Of a DNA stretch of 64,000 bases, positions 25,625 through 38,984 are shown one piece after another. Source of the stretch: Octopus sinensis (taxonomy: Eukaryota); the NCBI RefSeq assembly GCF_006345805.1, contig NC_043010.1, forward strand, positions 26,226,001 to 26,290,000. The letters run 5' to 3'. Position 1 is the first letter of the stretch. Each line of letters begins with the position of its first letter. The notes under the pieces were generated by a model. It ran no database searches. It was not told the DNA's origin and worked only from the letters and a program-made list of their open reading frames with translations. Made by a program: the position numbers and the translations under genes.

Positions 25625-25800
25625 CGTACGTGCGTGTGTGTGTGTGTGTGTGTAGTAATTGGTTTTGATTATAATAATTTCTAAATCAAGCACATGACCA
25701 GAAATTGTATGACGAGGGAAACAGTCGAACGATGACTGGTGCCTATTGTGCCGACGTCAGTAAGGATACAAAGCATTGCTCCACGAACACATCCGATAAA
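23560..25800. promoter_or_regulatory. CpG-retaining, GC-richer zone; possible promoter or first-exon region
   Basis: Visibly more CpG than the flanks, + strand donors GTGAGT (23759) and GTAAGT (25112), CRE-like CGACGTCA (25752-25759), 96-bp alternating purine-pyrimidine tract. Confidence 0.3.
23780..25030. repeat. Degenerate (GGT/AGT)n trinucleotide low-complexity tract, CpG-retaining
   Basis: Seen directly; reading frames shift repeatedly. Confidence 0.8.
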
Positions 25801-27139
25801 TAATAATAATAATTAGGATGGTTTCAAGTTTTGGCACAAAGCCAGCGATTCCGGAGGGGGTAAAGTCGATTACACCAACCCCAGTGCTCAACTGGTACTT
25901 ATTTTATCGACCCCGAAAGGATGAAAGGCAAAGTCGGCCTCGGTGGAATTTGAACTCAGAACGTAAAAAGAGCCAACAGAAATGCAGAGGTCGTTAAGCA
26001 TTTTGTCTGGAGCACTAACGATTCTGCCAGTTCCCCAATGGTGTTTTTTATTTGTCACAAGGGCATCAGATGAGGTGGGGAGGACATGACAAGGACAGTT
26101 TACGAGAGGATTATTTGGAAGATGCGGGGGGGAGGAATAGAGAAGGGGAAGTGACAGAAAGTGTAAATAGTATACAGTGTATGTGAACAAGTCTATGATG
26201 CAGTCCTCTTGATATAGAACTTCCAAATAGGGCCAATCGAGGAACCCTACAGATCCAGCCAGAATCATCCTAAGTGCCAAGGTCACAAACCCTCACCCAA
26301 TAATATCAGTTTCTGGTTCAAGACTATTTTGAGGGGAGGAGGTGGGTTCGTCAATCCACCAATCTCAGTGTGCAACTGGTACTTTATTTTATCAACTCTG
26401 GAAGGATTGAAGACAAAGTTGACCTTGGTAGAAATTAAACCAGAACATAAAGAGATGGCCGAAATACTACAGAGCATTTTGTCCAATGTGCAAACAGTTC
26501 TGAAAGCTCATCATCTAAGTCAAATGGTAATGCTGTCTTTGTTCACCACAAGGGTTAACGGAAACTACAGCACTCCGTCGGTTACGACGACGAGGGTTCC
26601 AGTTGATCCAGTCAACAGAACAGCCTGCTCGTGAAATTAACTTGCAAGTGGCTGATCACTCCACAGACATGGGTACCCTTAACGAAGTTTTCGGGGAGAT
26701 TCAGCGTCATACAGAATGTAACAAGGCTGGCCTCTTTTGAAATACAGGTACAACAGAAATAAGAAGAAAGAGTGAGAGAAAATTGTAGTGAAAGAGTACA
26801 GCAGGGTTCACCAACAACCACTGCCAGAACCTCGTGGAGTTATAAGTGTTTCCACTCAGTAAATACTCACAACGCCCAGTCTGGGAATCAAAACCTTGAT
26901 CCTATGACCGCGAGTCCACTGAGCCATTGTGTCTCCATAGCAATGGAAAGATCGAGGAAGATACAGGGCAATACAGAGTAGGGTTACATGAAAACGTGTT
27001 GACAGGGAAAATAACAACAAAAAGACCCAAAGAAAAAAAAATTCTTTAAAAGGGAAGGGACCTCTGAGGGATACTTATTGAAACCCTACATGAATCACAG
27101 AGATTCTGACCTTTAAGGTAAGTAAGTGCCCTCTTCTGA

Positions 27140-27551
27140 ACAAATGATAATAATCCTTTCTACTGTAGGCACAAGGTCTGAAATTTTGGGGCAGGGGCTA
27201 AGTCGATCACATCAACTCCATTACTTGACTGGTACTTAATTTATTGATCCCCAAAAGATGAAAGGTAAAATCGACCTTGGCAGAATTTGAACTCAGAACG
27301 TAAAGACAAGACGATGATAATAATAACAAAAATAATTCTTTCTAATTTTGGCACAAGGCCAGCAATTTTTCAGGGGAGGGGGCAAGTCAGTTGCACTGAC
27401 CCCAGTAACATGATTGATATTTTATTTTATTGACCCCAAAAGGATGACAGGCAAAGTTGACCCCTGTTGAATTTGAACTCAGAACATAGAGACTGATGCA
27501 ATACCACTAAGCATTTTTGCCTGACATGCTAATTATTCTGCCAGGTCACCG

Positions 27552-27647
<96 letters not shown>

Positions 27648-28140
27648 TGCCCTGATGCAGTACCAGGCAGTGGCTCTCATGGCATCTGATCTTAACTGAT
27701 TGGAAGTGTTATCATTGTTTTGTCTTGGTATAAAAGATGGGCTACAGCAAATATTCTGCTCAATACCACAGATTTGCTTGTCAAAGTTGACCATGTCCCT
27801 TAGTGGCTGACAATATGTGGATCTCTGATCACGAGCAGAAGTAGTGGGGGAGCATCATAGCCATATGTTGAGAGGGTTTCTTTGGGGTTTGAATAATTCA
27901 CCTCTGGAAACATGGGTGTTTCGTTCAACATCCTTAAACAATCCTTAGAAAATTCTAACTGGGCCCCACCTGCAAAGTCATGCACCGTTTATCTTGATAT
28001 GAGATCACCATGTCACATACATATGGTTGAGATGCATGTGCCTGGTGTACCCTTATCAGAAGGGTAGTCAAGATGGGTATACTGGGCTTCGTATATTTTA
28101 CGCCAGTGTTACTTTGATGGCATGCACTGCTCTCTCACTC

Positions 28141-28179
<39 letters not shown>

Positions 28180-28422
28180 TATAATCCTTTCTGTTATAGG
28201 CACAAGGCCTCAAATTTGGGGGAAAGGGATAGTCAATTACATCAACCCCAATACTCAACTGGTACTCAGTTTATTGATCCTGAAAGGATGAAAGGTAAAG
28301 CCAACCGTATCGGAATTTGAATTCAGAACATACAGACAGACAAAATGGCACTAAACATTTTGCCTGGCATGCTAATGGTTCTGCCAGCTCACCGCCTTAG
28401 CAATAAAAGCAACAGCAACAAC

Positions 28423-28453
<31 letters not shown>

Positions 28454-28664
28454 GTTTCAAATTTTGCCACAAGAGCAGCCATTTTGGGGGGAGGGGAGTG
28501 TTGATTACATCAACCTCAGTGTTCCACTGGTACTTAATTTATCAACCCTGAAAGGATGAAAGGAAAAGTCAACCTCGAAGGAATTTGAACACAGAACAAG
28601 ACAACTGGCGAAATACCACTAAGCATTTCATTCAGCGTGCTAATGATTCTGCCAGCTCACTGCC

Positions 28665-28715
<51 letters not shown>

Positions 28716-28945
28716 TAACGATTATAATAATCTTTTCTATAATTAAAAGATTATTATAAATTTTGGGGGAGGGGTCAATCAATTAGATCAACCCCAGTAC
28801 GCAACTGATACTTAATTTATCGACCCCAAAAGGATGAAAGGCTAAGTCAATCTCGGTGAAATTTAAACTCAGAACGTAAAGACATGAAAAATATCGCTAA
28901 GCATTTCACCTGGCGTGCTAACAATTCTGCCAGCTCGCCTCCTTA
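27140..28945 (-). mobile_element. Head-to-tail train of five family B SINEs separated by (AAT)n, with a family D element at 27648-28140
   Basis: Repeated GGCACAAGG...ACTGGTACTT...GAACTCAGAAC...GCCAGCTC units in one orientation. Confidence 0.85.
27648..28140. mobile_element. SINE-like family D element; opposite-orientation copy at 44720-45152
   Basis: Two roughly 450-500 bp collinear copies (e.g. GGTATAAAAGATGGG...AATACCACAGATTTGCTTGTC) flanked by (AAT)n. Confidence 0.75.
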
Positions 28946-29920
28946 ACAATGATTATAGTAATAATAATGATACTTATAATTATGATTATAATAATACAAT
29001 ACCTGTATGTGGACATTGAATTTTCCAACTCGGGGAGCAGATATTTCGCGTTTCTGGAATAGATCAAAATAGAAACATTAGAAATACAAAAATATTGAAG
29101 AAACTGAAAAAGAGAATGATACAAGCTTCGTCAAACAATGAAACTGGTGTGTATGCATGTACATATGTACGCATATACATACATTTTTTATTATTTGTTA
29201 TTCTTTTATTTGTTTTAGTCATTTGACCGCGGCCATGCTGGAGCACTGCCTTTAGTCAAGCAAATCAACCCCTGGACTTATTCTTTGTAAGCCTGGTTCT
29301 TATTCTATTGGTCTCTTTTGCCAAACCACTATATTACAGTGATGTAAACACACCCACATCAGTTGTCAAGCGGTGGTGGGGGACAAACACAGACACACAA
29401 TCATATATACATATATATATATACGACAGGCTTCTTTCAGTTTCCATCTACCAAATCCACTCACAAGGCGTTGGTCAGCCCAAGGCTATAGTAGAGAACG
29501 CTTGCCCATGGGGCCACGCAGTGGGACTGAACCTGGAACCATGTGGTTGGTAAGCAAGCTACTTACCACACAGCCACTCCTGCGTCTTAAATATTAAGGC
29601 GTGAAGTTGAAGTCTGGTCATATCCGTGAAAGCTACAGCCTTGTGGACAGCTCATTAGATTCTATACATATATATCAGTTTAGTGTTAACTGTCATGGGA
29701 GAAAATAGTACTCAATACCATAAAAGAGATTAAGGATAATTTTATTTTGGTCCGGTCAGTCACTCTGAGTTTTACCTGTGGGTGCACAGGGTTTTCAGTC
29801 AAGTTGTGACTTGACTTGCCTGAAGAACATCAATGAATGTTGAAATCTCAAAGAGAATAAGAGCAGGATGGAAGGCATTTAACTCAATAAAGGATATATA
29901 ATGTCATATAATGACATATA

Positions 29921-30121
29921 CAATAATCCCTCGACTATCACAGGTGTTACGTTCCAAAACTCCCTGCAATAGGTGAAAATCCGCGAAGTAGAAACAGTAC
30001 TGTACTGTATATTTTTTATTATTATTTTTATTATTTGTATATATTTATTTTATTATAAATGCAAAACAACACCACGGAGGAATCGACGTAAGCTTAAATA
30101 ATAAACTGTGAGGGATTACTG
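29921..30121. mobile_element. pogo/Tigger-like MITE
   Basis: TA|CAATAATCCCTCG ... TGAGGGATTACTG|TA; TA target-site duplication. Confidence 0.8.
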
Positions 30122-30179
30122 TACATTTTTATAATACAGAGTCCAAGGGAAGTGTACTAGAGAGAAAGACTAGTCAACT

Positions 30180-32640
30180 AAGAGACAGACAGAGAGCTAA
30201 GGTGGAGAAGAGATGCTTATGAATAATGAGGAGTGGGTACAGAATTGCTAAGAGTACAATATGGGTGACAAGAGCAAAAGACATTGAGATTGCCTAAGGT
30301 GACTTGAGACCAGACATTTCTGAGGAGCAGAGGGCATTATAGTAGTAGCTGTAAAAAAAGTGAGAGGAGACACAGCATGACAGAGTGTCAGAGATATTTG
30401 TTTGTGAGTAACTTTGCGCCAGTCAGGTGAGTAGCAACAGCCTTTGTCTGAATGTTGTTGAAGAGTATAGCAGCACTATTCCAGACACATATGATGCAGT
30501 GCTCCCACTGTGAGTCTCTTCCGAGTTGTGTAAATGCTTAAGTAGTTGATGGAGGCACCAGTGTTTTCTGATGCTGAAGAGAATGACCAGTCTCCATGAT
30601 ACAGTCTTTATTAAGTTGGTTGATGAGCTTTCACTAGGAGGGAACTCAAGAAATAGTGAGGCCCAGCTGCTGTTATAAGTTTTCTGGTTACGTACTGTTC
30701 ATAATTAAAAGGAGTGAGGTATGATGAGGTTTTCTTAATATGTGCAAGGATTTTTTTTTTCTGATGAAAGGGACAAAATTGATATTGCCTCATCAGAAGT
30801 TTTAGAGACCTCTGGAGTGAGTGCAGGTCAGGCATGAGGTGCCTACGTTCCATTCAAATGATGCTTGGGTGTAAGAGGTTAGGTAAGAATGAAGAGTGGA
30901 CGTTGTTGGAGGTGACACTAAGTAGACTGATGATGTATAGAAAGAAGAGGGGTGGGAAGAAGCAGACATGAGCAGACTAGAGGTGATAGAACACATGTCA
31001 GAGAGCTCCATCTGTTGAGAAAAGTGCAATCTGATAGGAAGTCACTGATCCAAACAAATTGGAAGTTTCAACAGGAGATGCTAGGAAACTGGGTTTCCAA
31101 TAGATTCGGCTTTTTGTGGTCATTTAGGATTGAAAGAGATTTAAAGCATTGGAGAAGGCTGTTGTTAATGGATGTCTCTATCATTTTGAAATGATGGTGT
31201 GAAAGGATGAGAAGCATCAAGGTCAGAGGGGTTGGTCTTCTTGTAAATGGGTCACACTACATTATGTTTCCAAAATTGGCATGTATCCCAAGGAAGTGGA
31301 AAGGTACTGAAGAATTTAGTGAGTACATTGTTTAGAATTTAATGAGCATTGTCTTAGGAAAATGGAACATTTGTGGAGGTCAATAGGTTTATTGGTTTAC
31401 ATCAACAGGGGGTATTTTTGGCATTTGGCATATATATATATATGGGAAAGAACTGGGTGGAATAAAAGGGGGTAGTTTTAAAAGAAGATTTATGTAAGTG
31501 TGTACCGTGAAGAGTTGGGAACATAGCAAGCAGCAAATGTGGAGGCTTTCTCTCTAAGAATGGTGATTTACAAAACCCAAATGTCTGAGAAGTAGAGAAG
31601 AAAAAGGAGGATTCTGCAAAATTGAGGAGAGCTCCTTTTGGCAATGAACCTCAGGCACCAGCAGCAGAGATGTGGGAGGGTTAAAGGGCAGTACCTTGTA
31701 GACATTGCAGTCTTTGGTAAGTGGCCTCCAGCAGTATGTGGATGTGTGGAGTGTTGTCATAACGAGGGAATGACCAGAGGACTTGACAGGTGTAAAAACA
31801 GTTATAAATCTGGTAGAGGTAGATCTTAGAGATGAGAAAGAGATCAAATTGGTATTTAGAGTGTTTGTTTGTTTGTTAAGGGTCGGGTGTGGGGGAGAAC
31901 AAAGTTTGTTGGTGTATGTAGAATAGGAGACTGCAAAAGATTCAGTTTCTGCATTGGCACCATTGATAAACAATGAGTGTATAAACCAAGAAAAGTTGTA
32001 TGCATGGAAGTCACTGAGGATGATGTTTTCAGAAGGGTGAAGTGAGAGAAATGGGGAGGGGGACTAAGGGAGAGTAAGAGGAAGAATTTGTTACAGGTAT
32101 CTAAGAGAGGTGAGTGGAATTTTTGTATGTTAGACCAGTGGTTCCCAAACATCTTCAGGTTGCTGCCCCCTTTGTTCTAAGGTCACATTCCTAATGCCCC
32201 ACCCCACCCCTACTCACCATCACAGACATAAACCATTTTCTGCAGCAAATTCAAAACAACAGTATTTCACAGATAAAATTTAACCAAATTAACCCATTTT
32301 TTTTTTTTTTTTTTTTACATCCACTGCCCCATTTTGGTCACTCCATTATCACCCCATTTTTCTTCAACGCACCCCCTCTGGATCTTTCCACCCCCCACCC
32401 CCCAGAAGGGGCTGGTACCACCCACTTTGAGAACTACTGTATTAGACAACAACTTTTGAAGGGAACTTTTGAGTAAAGACAACGGAAAGGCACTACAACA
32501 AGTTATGAGATTTGTGTCTTAGAAAATAGGATGTGTAGTTTTTATGTTGGTAAGAGGTGATTGAAGTCCTTGCAAGGTAGAGAAGAGGAGACGAAACAGC
32601 AGTGAGTTTAGCTTCGGATTTTGACATCAAGGGAAGTTTA
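30180..32640 (-). mobile_element. Heavily decayed CR1/L2-group LINE ORF2 (reverse transcriptase) remnant
   Basis: Frameshifted minus-strand segments align by eye to PKKG..N, GVPQGSVLSP.LFL..I and QLL.IY....R..MEYC..IW type motifs; many stops. Confidence 0.55.
32136..32439. mobile_element. hAT (Charlie-like) MITE inserted in the LINE remnant
   Basis: TIRs CAGTGGTTCCCAAA / TTTGAGAACTACTG; 8-bp TSD TGTTAGAC / TATTAGAC. Confidence 0.85.
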
Positions 32641-32943
32641 GAGGACGTCAGTATGTGATGAGGTCACAGCAACACTGCCAGGAACCTGGTCTACACATAC
32701 ACACAAACACACACAAACACACACACACATATACTCACTCAGTTATTTATATCAGAAAACAAGTCTTTTTTTTAAACAAGTATAAATACAAAGTAATTAA
32801 ACTGAAAGTGCATTTGCAGTCTTTAAGGAAATTTATATTAACTTAATTAGTTTGAAAATTCCATAATTTTTAAAAATAGAATGAGATGGAGAGATGCAGA
32901 GCTATCCACGACTGCCTCACCTATGCATACACACACACACACA

Positions 32944-32981
<38 letters not shown>

Positions 32982-33362
32982 GTTCTCCACTCAAGGCCCA
33001 ATTTTGCACCCCTCTTTATGACAAGCAGGTTGACTGGCTTAAAGTTGAAACCAAAGTTATTCCTAACCCTAAAAACATTATATATCAAATATGGTGATGA
33101 TATAGTATCAGATCAGATACAGAAGGACTGATAGGCTTAAAAGATGATCTCGAAAACAATTCCATCTTTAAATTTACAATCCAACTTATGGTTCTAATTA
33201 TATATTTAAGCCATGACATCATGTTGCCATTCTCAGATATACATATAGAGACAATGTGATAAGAAGTCTGCTTCCCAACCACATGGTATTGGGTTCAATC
33301 CCACTGTATGTCACCTTGGGCAAGTGTCTTCTACAATAGCGCCAGGTCAACCAAAGCAAATC

Positions 33363-34235
33363 CAGGGTGCGATGGGTAAATTGTCACCAGTTTATATTTT
33401 TAATTTCATGCATGTGCATTGTTTGTTTTTGATTTTGTTGACTACACAGTATAGTTGGGTTAGTTGGGCACCATCCGTGAGAAAAACAGCACCATGACAT
33501 AATTCACTCTGCCAGAAATTTGGAAACAACATGTACTGCTTGGTATTTGCGCCGGAAGCTTCATTAGGAATATTTCAGAGTGTTTAGGTGTCAGTCTGAG
33601 GACAGTGCAATCTGAGGACATGTACCGAGAGTGATAAAAATCAAACATCCAGTCAACATCATGATATTTGGAGTGATCGCAAGTGATGGTGACATTATGC
33701 TTCCATTTATCTTCCCACACGACCTCAGACTCGACACGGAGGCCTACATCAAGTGCTTGGAGGAGGTGGTGCTGCCCTGGATCAAGCGGTGGCTGCTGTA
33801 AGACCCTAAGACTCAGCACCATGCCACACAAGCAGGAGAACTCAGTCATGGCTGTCAGAAAATTTCTGTGACCACATCACCCCTAACATCTGGCCAACTA
33901 ACTCCTATGGCTGCAACTCCCTTGATTATTGTTTGGGGTGCAGTTGAGCAAGAGACCAACAAAACTTTTTGTAACACCAAAGATAAACTAAAGGCAGGGA
34001 TTATGGCAGTGTTCACAAACTGAAACAAAGAAACCGTCCAGAAGAGTTGCAAGAGATTCTAAAGTCGTCTGGAGGTTGTGGTTGAAGCCAAAGGCGATTT
34101 GATTGAATAAATTTACTCTTTAGTATCTCAAGATATTTTTATGTAATTTTGGTAAAAATGTCTGTTAAAATGAGATGGCAGTGTTATTTTAATTTTTGTG
34201 TAGTTTAAACAACAATTTATTTACCACACCCTCTG
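33363..34235 (+). mobile_element. Internally deleted Tc1/mariner element, maT (DD37D)-like transposase remnant
   Basis: KHPVNIMIFGVIASDG..., DSAPCHTSRRTQSWL, WPTNSYGCNSLDY, SRLEVVVEAKGDLIE*; degenerate TIRs CAGGGTGCGATGGGTAAATTGT / ACAATTTATTTACCACACCCTCTG. Confidence 0.75.
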
Positions 34236-34246
34236 TGTGTGTGTGT

Positions 34247-34313
<67 letters not shown>

Positions 34314-35541
34314 TTTTGTACAATTTATTCACCGTACTCTGTATATGGTGGACAGAAACTGAAACAAGCTCATCAAGTCTGTGTGTGTGTGTATAACTGT
34401 CTTGTAATGATATTGCGTGATAGTTGTAAAGAAATGACTCCCAACATGCAAACAGTGTCCTTTATTTCCAGTCTTCTGTGAAAACATGTCTATGGGGAAA
34501 TATTACCTTGTTTAGAAACACGAGGGCTGACAGCATGAAGGGCATCTGGATATAGAAAACCTGCCTCAACAAAATTCAGTCCAACCCATGCAAGCATGGA
34601 AAAGAGGACAAGAACTGTAAAACATACAGGTGGTTAGTTATCTCTATAGTTATAATAATGTCCCCTCTAATCAAAATCCCTTCTTAAACAAACTTTTAAC
34701 TTCTTGTCGACAAAAGAATTTTTCAACATGGGAATCCTAATGAGTGAAACAAGCATTGGTCAATAACTGCTATGTGAAGACATTCTGAAAACGTTTGTAG
34801 ACCATTCTACAGAACAATACAAGAATTGATACATCTGCTTGCAATGTCTAAATGAAATTTGTCAAAGCAGATTTTCTTAAAGCTGGATGCCCTTCCTGTC
34901 ACTAACCCTTACCTGTTTCTAAGCAAAGTAATATTTCTCTATGACCAGACATGTTTGCACAGGCATGTTTGAAAACGAACAACACTGCTTGTACAACAGT
35001 GTCAATCATTTACAACTGTTTCACATTGTCGAGACTAGAAGAGACACAAACACACATACTTCAGTTTGTATCTATCATACCCACTCACAAGTTTCTGGTC
35101 AGCCTGGTGGCTATGGTAAAAGACTCTTATCCAAGTTGTCACACAGCAGGACTGAACCTGAAACCTTGTGGTTCGGAAGCAAACTGTTATACCACATAGC
35201 CACGCCTGTACTTCCAGTAAAAATACACAAATTTCAAGGATGTAGCATACTGCAAGAGCCAAATTTACTTTAGTCACAGAATGAGTGAATGTTTCAATAA
35301 AAAAAATTATAATAGCTGAATTAAAATTAAAAAGAAAACCACTTTTTTTTTTTATCAAAATGGAACCACAAAACTTGCAAACAGGATATACTTTGGATGA
35401 CAGCATCATCAACATCATCACCACCCTCATCATCCCCATCATCAACATTACCACCACCATTGTCATCATCACACCACCACATCACCAGCATCATCAACAA
35501 CAACGATACCACCACCACCACACAAACAGAAAGACACGCAT

Positions 35542-35578
<37 letters not shown>

Positions 35579-35686
35579 TACATATATATATATTATATAC
35601 ATACAATGGGCTTCTTTCAGTTTCTGTCTACCAAATCCACTCACAAAGCTTTGGTCAACACATATAAATTTAAATATAAATACACA

Positions 35687-36390
35687 TACAAGCTCTGATC
35701 CAAAAGTATCAGAACTGGTGTGATGGTAACAGAACTAAAGAACACAGAGTAAAGCCATTTAATACAGATGAACCTTCAACTCTGTGACGCATGCACACAC
35801 TAAGTGACAATGTTGCCCACTCACTTCTGTTTGTTCATAGCAGTGCCTGGAAGTGAAGTGTGTAGAATGGGTTTCAAAAAGAGGAATGGGTTTCAGCAGC
35901 AGCACAGGATCTCTTTGATTGCATGGAGGAACACAAAAGACTTTTTGAGAATGGTCAGAACAGGTGATGAATTGTGCGTCTGTGGCTACGACCTCAAAGC
36001 CAAAATCAAATCCCAATTGAAAGAAACAAGATTTGAAGATGGCAAGGAAATCCAAGAGAATGCAACGAGGCAACAGCTTGCTATCCCAAAAATGGAGTTC
36101 AAGGAATGCTTCCATCAATGGAAATGACACTGGATAAAGTGTGCGGCATCAGAATGGGACTACTTCAAAGGAGATTAACCCTTTCATTCAACTAGTGTTA
36201 CGAATATAAATTGTGACCAAGGTTTAGTGGAAGATTTTAATTCAAAACCGATAGAAACAAGACATTTGTATTCAGAGCCAGAAGCCGGTTTCAGCCGGGT
36301 TTGTAACAAAAGGGTTAAATGCCGAATTCATATATGTTGTAGTTTTCTTTTTATGGCTCCATTCCCGATATTTTTTGATCGCACCTCGTA
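35687..36390 (+). mobile_element. Internally deleted mariner element
   Basis: TGDELCVCGYD and KETRFEDGKEIQENATRQQLAIPK...QWK*HWIKCAASEWDYFKGD*; TIRs TACAAGCTCTGATCCAAAAGTATC / GATATTTTTTGATCGCACCTCGTA. Confidence 0.85.
36175..36318. mobile_element. TTAA-flanked MITE (piggyBac-like termini) nested at the mariner stop codon
   Basis: TTAA-CCCTTT ... AAAGGG-TTAA. Confidence 0.75.
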
Positions 36391-38744
36391 TAAATATTAA
36401 TATGCCACTAAAACATGAACTATTTGTGAAATTAATGTTTTTCTACTTCAATTCTAAATATGTTGCTCTTAAAGATAGTGTGAACTGATTAAGTATATGC
36501 ATGCAAGTCAAACCTACTTGGATTTACTGCTATGTAATTATGTGTTGCAATTTAATGGCCTGTTATTAATTGGGCTTTTAATTACAGTGGATTTATTCTT
36601 TGATGTTTAAACATCAATTTTCTATGTGTATAGATGTTGCTATAGATATGAGAATGTTTTGTAGGGATAGACACCTTAGCTTGTCAGTCACTCTTAACGT
36701 AGTGATCAAAGATAATTTAATGAAGTCAAGAAGATAACCCACAAGAGAGCAGACCTGCAAGTTCCCAATTTAAATATGAAATTTGTAAATCTCTAACACA
36801 CACACACACCACACACACACACAAACACATAAACAAACATACACACACATACACACACCAGTTTCTGGCTCGTATGTATCGTGTTTCTTCCTTGTCTTTC
36901 CTATCACTACTATAATGGCCTCTGCTTGTCAGAATTGGCTCTTGGCTCCACACTAAACACAACACTCACTCCTTTCTCCTCAAAACGTCAGTTCCATGGA
37001 AATCTCCTCCCCAATGTTTCCTCTAAACAGGTTTCTTTCTTTTTTTTTTTTGGCTGTTGGTGTCCACAGAAATTTGAGCACACATTTTCTCTTCCTTAGC
37101 AAAGCAGGTCCACATCTATGCAAGCATCCATCACTTCAATGTGGTCTCCTGACATGTGACCTTTCATGGATGACAACTCAAGTTTTTAAAAGTGTAATGT
37201 AACCAGAGAATGAGCAAATGTCATTATCTCTGGGTGCCCTTCCTCACTCTAACCACTATGTGTGCCGGATGCTTTTAACGTACCACTGGCAAGAGCACTA
37301 CAATGTGGCAGAGGAAGGAGTGCTTTTTACATGGCACCAGCAGAGTGGCCTTAACACTTCAGCTGTGGGGGAGGAAACTTCTTGAGTACAGAAAAGCGCC
37401 AGGTATATTGGTCTCTTGCTATCTCATCTGAAAAGGTTCAGCATTCTGAGGTCATCTTTCAGTACTTCATTCCATGTCACCACATACCGACAGAACTGTT
37501 TATATAATAGTTCCAGGAATGCATCTAATATGTAAATTGTTATGTCCAATAACTTCACACTGCTCTACACAGTGGTTATATAAGCAATGTGTTCGGAGAA
37601 AGGAACGGGTTACCTAAGCGCTGATTACCCACTTTTGTCTCTAATCTCATTACTTGTTTACATCTGATGTCTCAATACGAAATGTTGTACCAAGAATCAA
37701 TGCTGGCTTTAATTTCTATAGAATATCTGTAGAAACAACCTTAAAATACAAAAACTCACACACACACACATATATGGTGGGGAAGCACAACTTTTGAAAA
37801 TTGGGCCTCACCAAGGCAATGACTAGTGACCAAGACCTTTAGAGATATGTTGTGCTTGAGAAGACCCAACAAGCAAAGTGAGACCATAACCCATGGCCTA
37901 TGCCAGTGGTGTTTAACCAGCCCACTTATGAGTATCCTTCATTCATTAGACAATAAACTTAGCTTGCGAAGAACTGTTGAGGCAAGTGACATTAAAATCA
38001 AAATTGCTGATGTTCCTGACGACAGTACCGCCTGATTGGTACTCATGCCAGTGGAACATAAAAAGCACATCCAAGCGTGATCATTGCAGGGCCGCTGACC
38101 GGCTCCCATGCCGGTAGCACATAAAATGTACCATTCAAGCATGATCATTGCCAGCATCACCTTACTGGCACATGAAAAGCAACATTTGAGTGTGGTCGTT
38201 GCCAGTGCCACCGAACTGAGTCCCATGCAGATAGCATGTAAAAATCACCTTTTGAGCATGGTCATTGCTAGAACAGCCTGACTGGCCCTCATGCCGGTGG
38301 CATGTAAAAGCACCCACTAGACTCTTGGAGTGGTTGGCATTAGGAAGGGCATCTAGCTGTAGAAACTTTGCCAGATCAGATTGGAGCCTGGTGCAGCCAG
38401 TCCTCATTCAAATGATCCAACCAATGCCAGCATGGAAAACAAACGTTAAACGATGACGATGATTATGATGATGATATATATACACACACAAACACACATA
38501 TTTATAACAAACTCTGCTACAAACAACATGGACTAAAAACTCCTTAAGATACTAAGAAATTGCAATATTTTCACCAATTTCCCAGTCATGATAAGTGAAA
38601 TGTGAAATTGGTAGGGTATCATAATATTTTATCTCATAAAATATATTAAAAACATATATATTGTGTGCATTTTCCTTCTTTTTGTTATATATTTTTTCAC
38701 TACAACTCACCATGTGAGGAAAATCTCTTCAACAAAATTCTATG

Positions 38745-38844
38745 TACGTACGTACGTACGTACGTACATACGTACATACGTACATATGTATGTGTGTATG
38801 TACGTACGTACGTACGTACATACATACATACATACATACATACA

Positions 38845-38880
<36 letters not shown>

Positions 38881-38980
38881 TACATATATATACATATATA
38901 TACATATATATACATATATATACATATATATACATATGTATACATATATATACATATATATATATATATACATATATATG
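38745..38980. repeat. (GTAC)n/(ATAC)n/(TA) microsatellite
   Basis: Seen directly. Confidence 0.9.
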
Positions 38981-38984
38981 ATTG

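Noticed and set aside
29815-29870. Hammerhead-like CTGAAGA…GAAA motif
   Set aside because: No U16.1 and no stem I; the sequence translates as an RTE RT fragment (NVEISKRIRAGWKAF)
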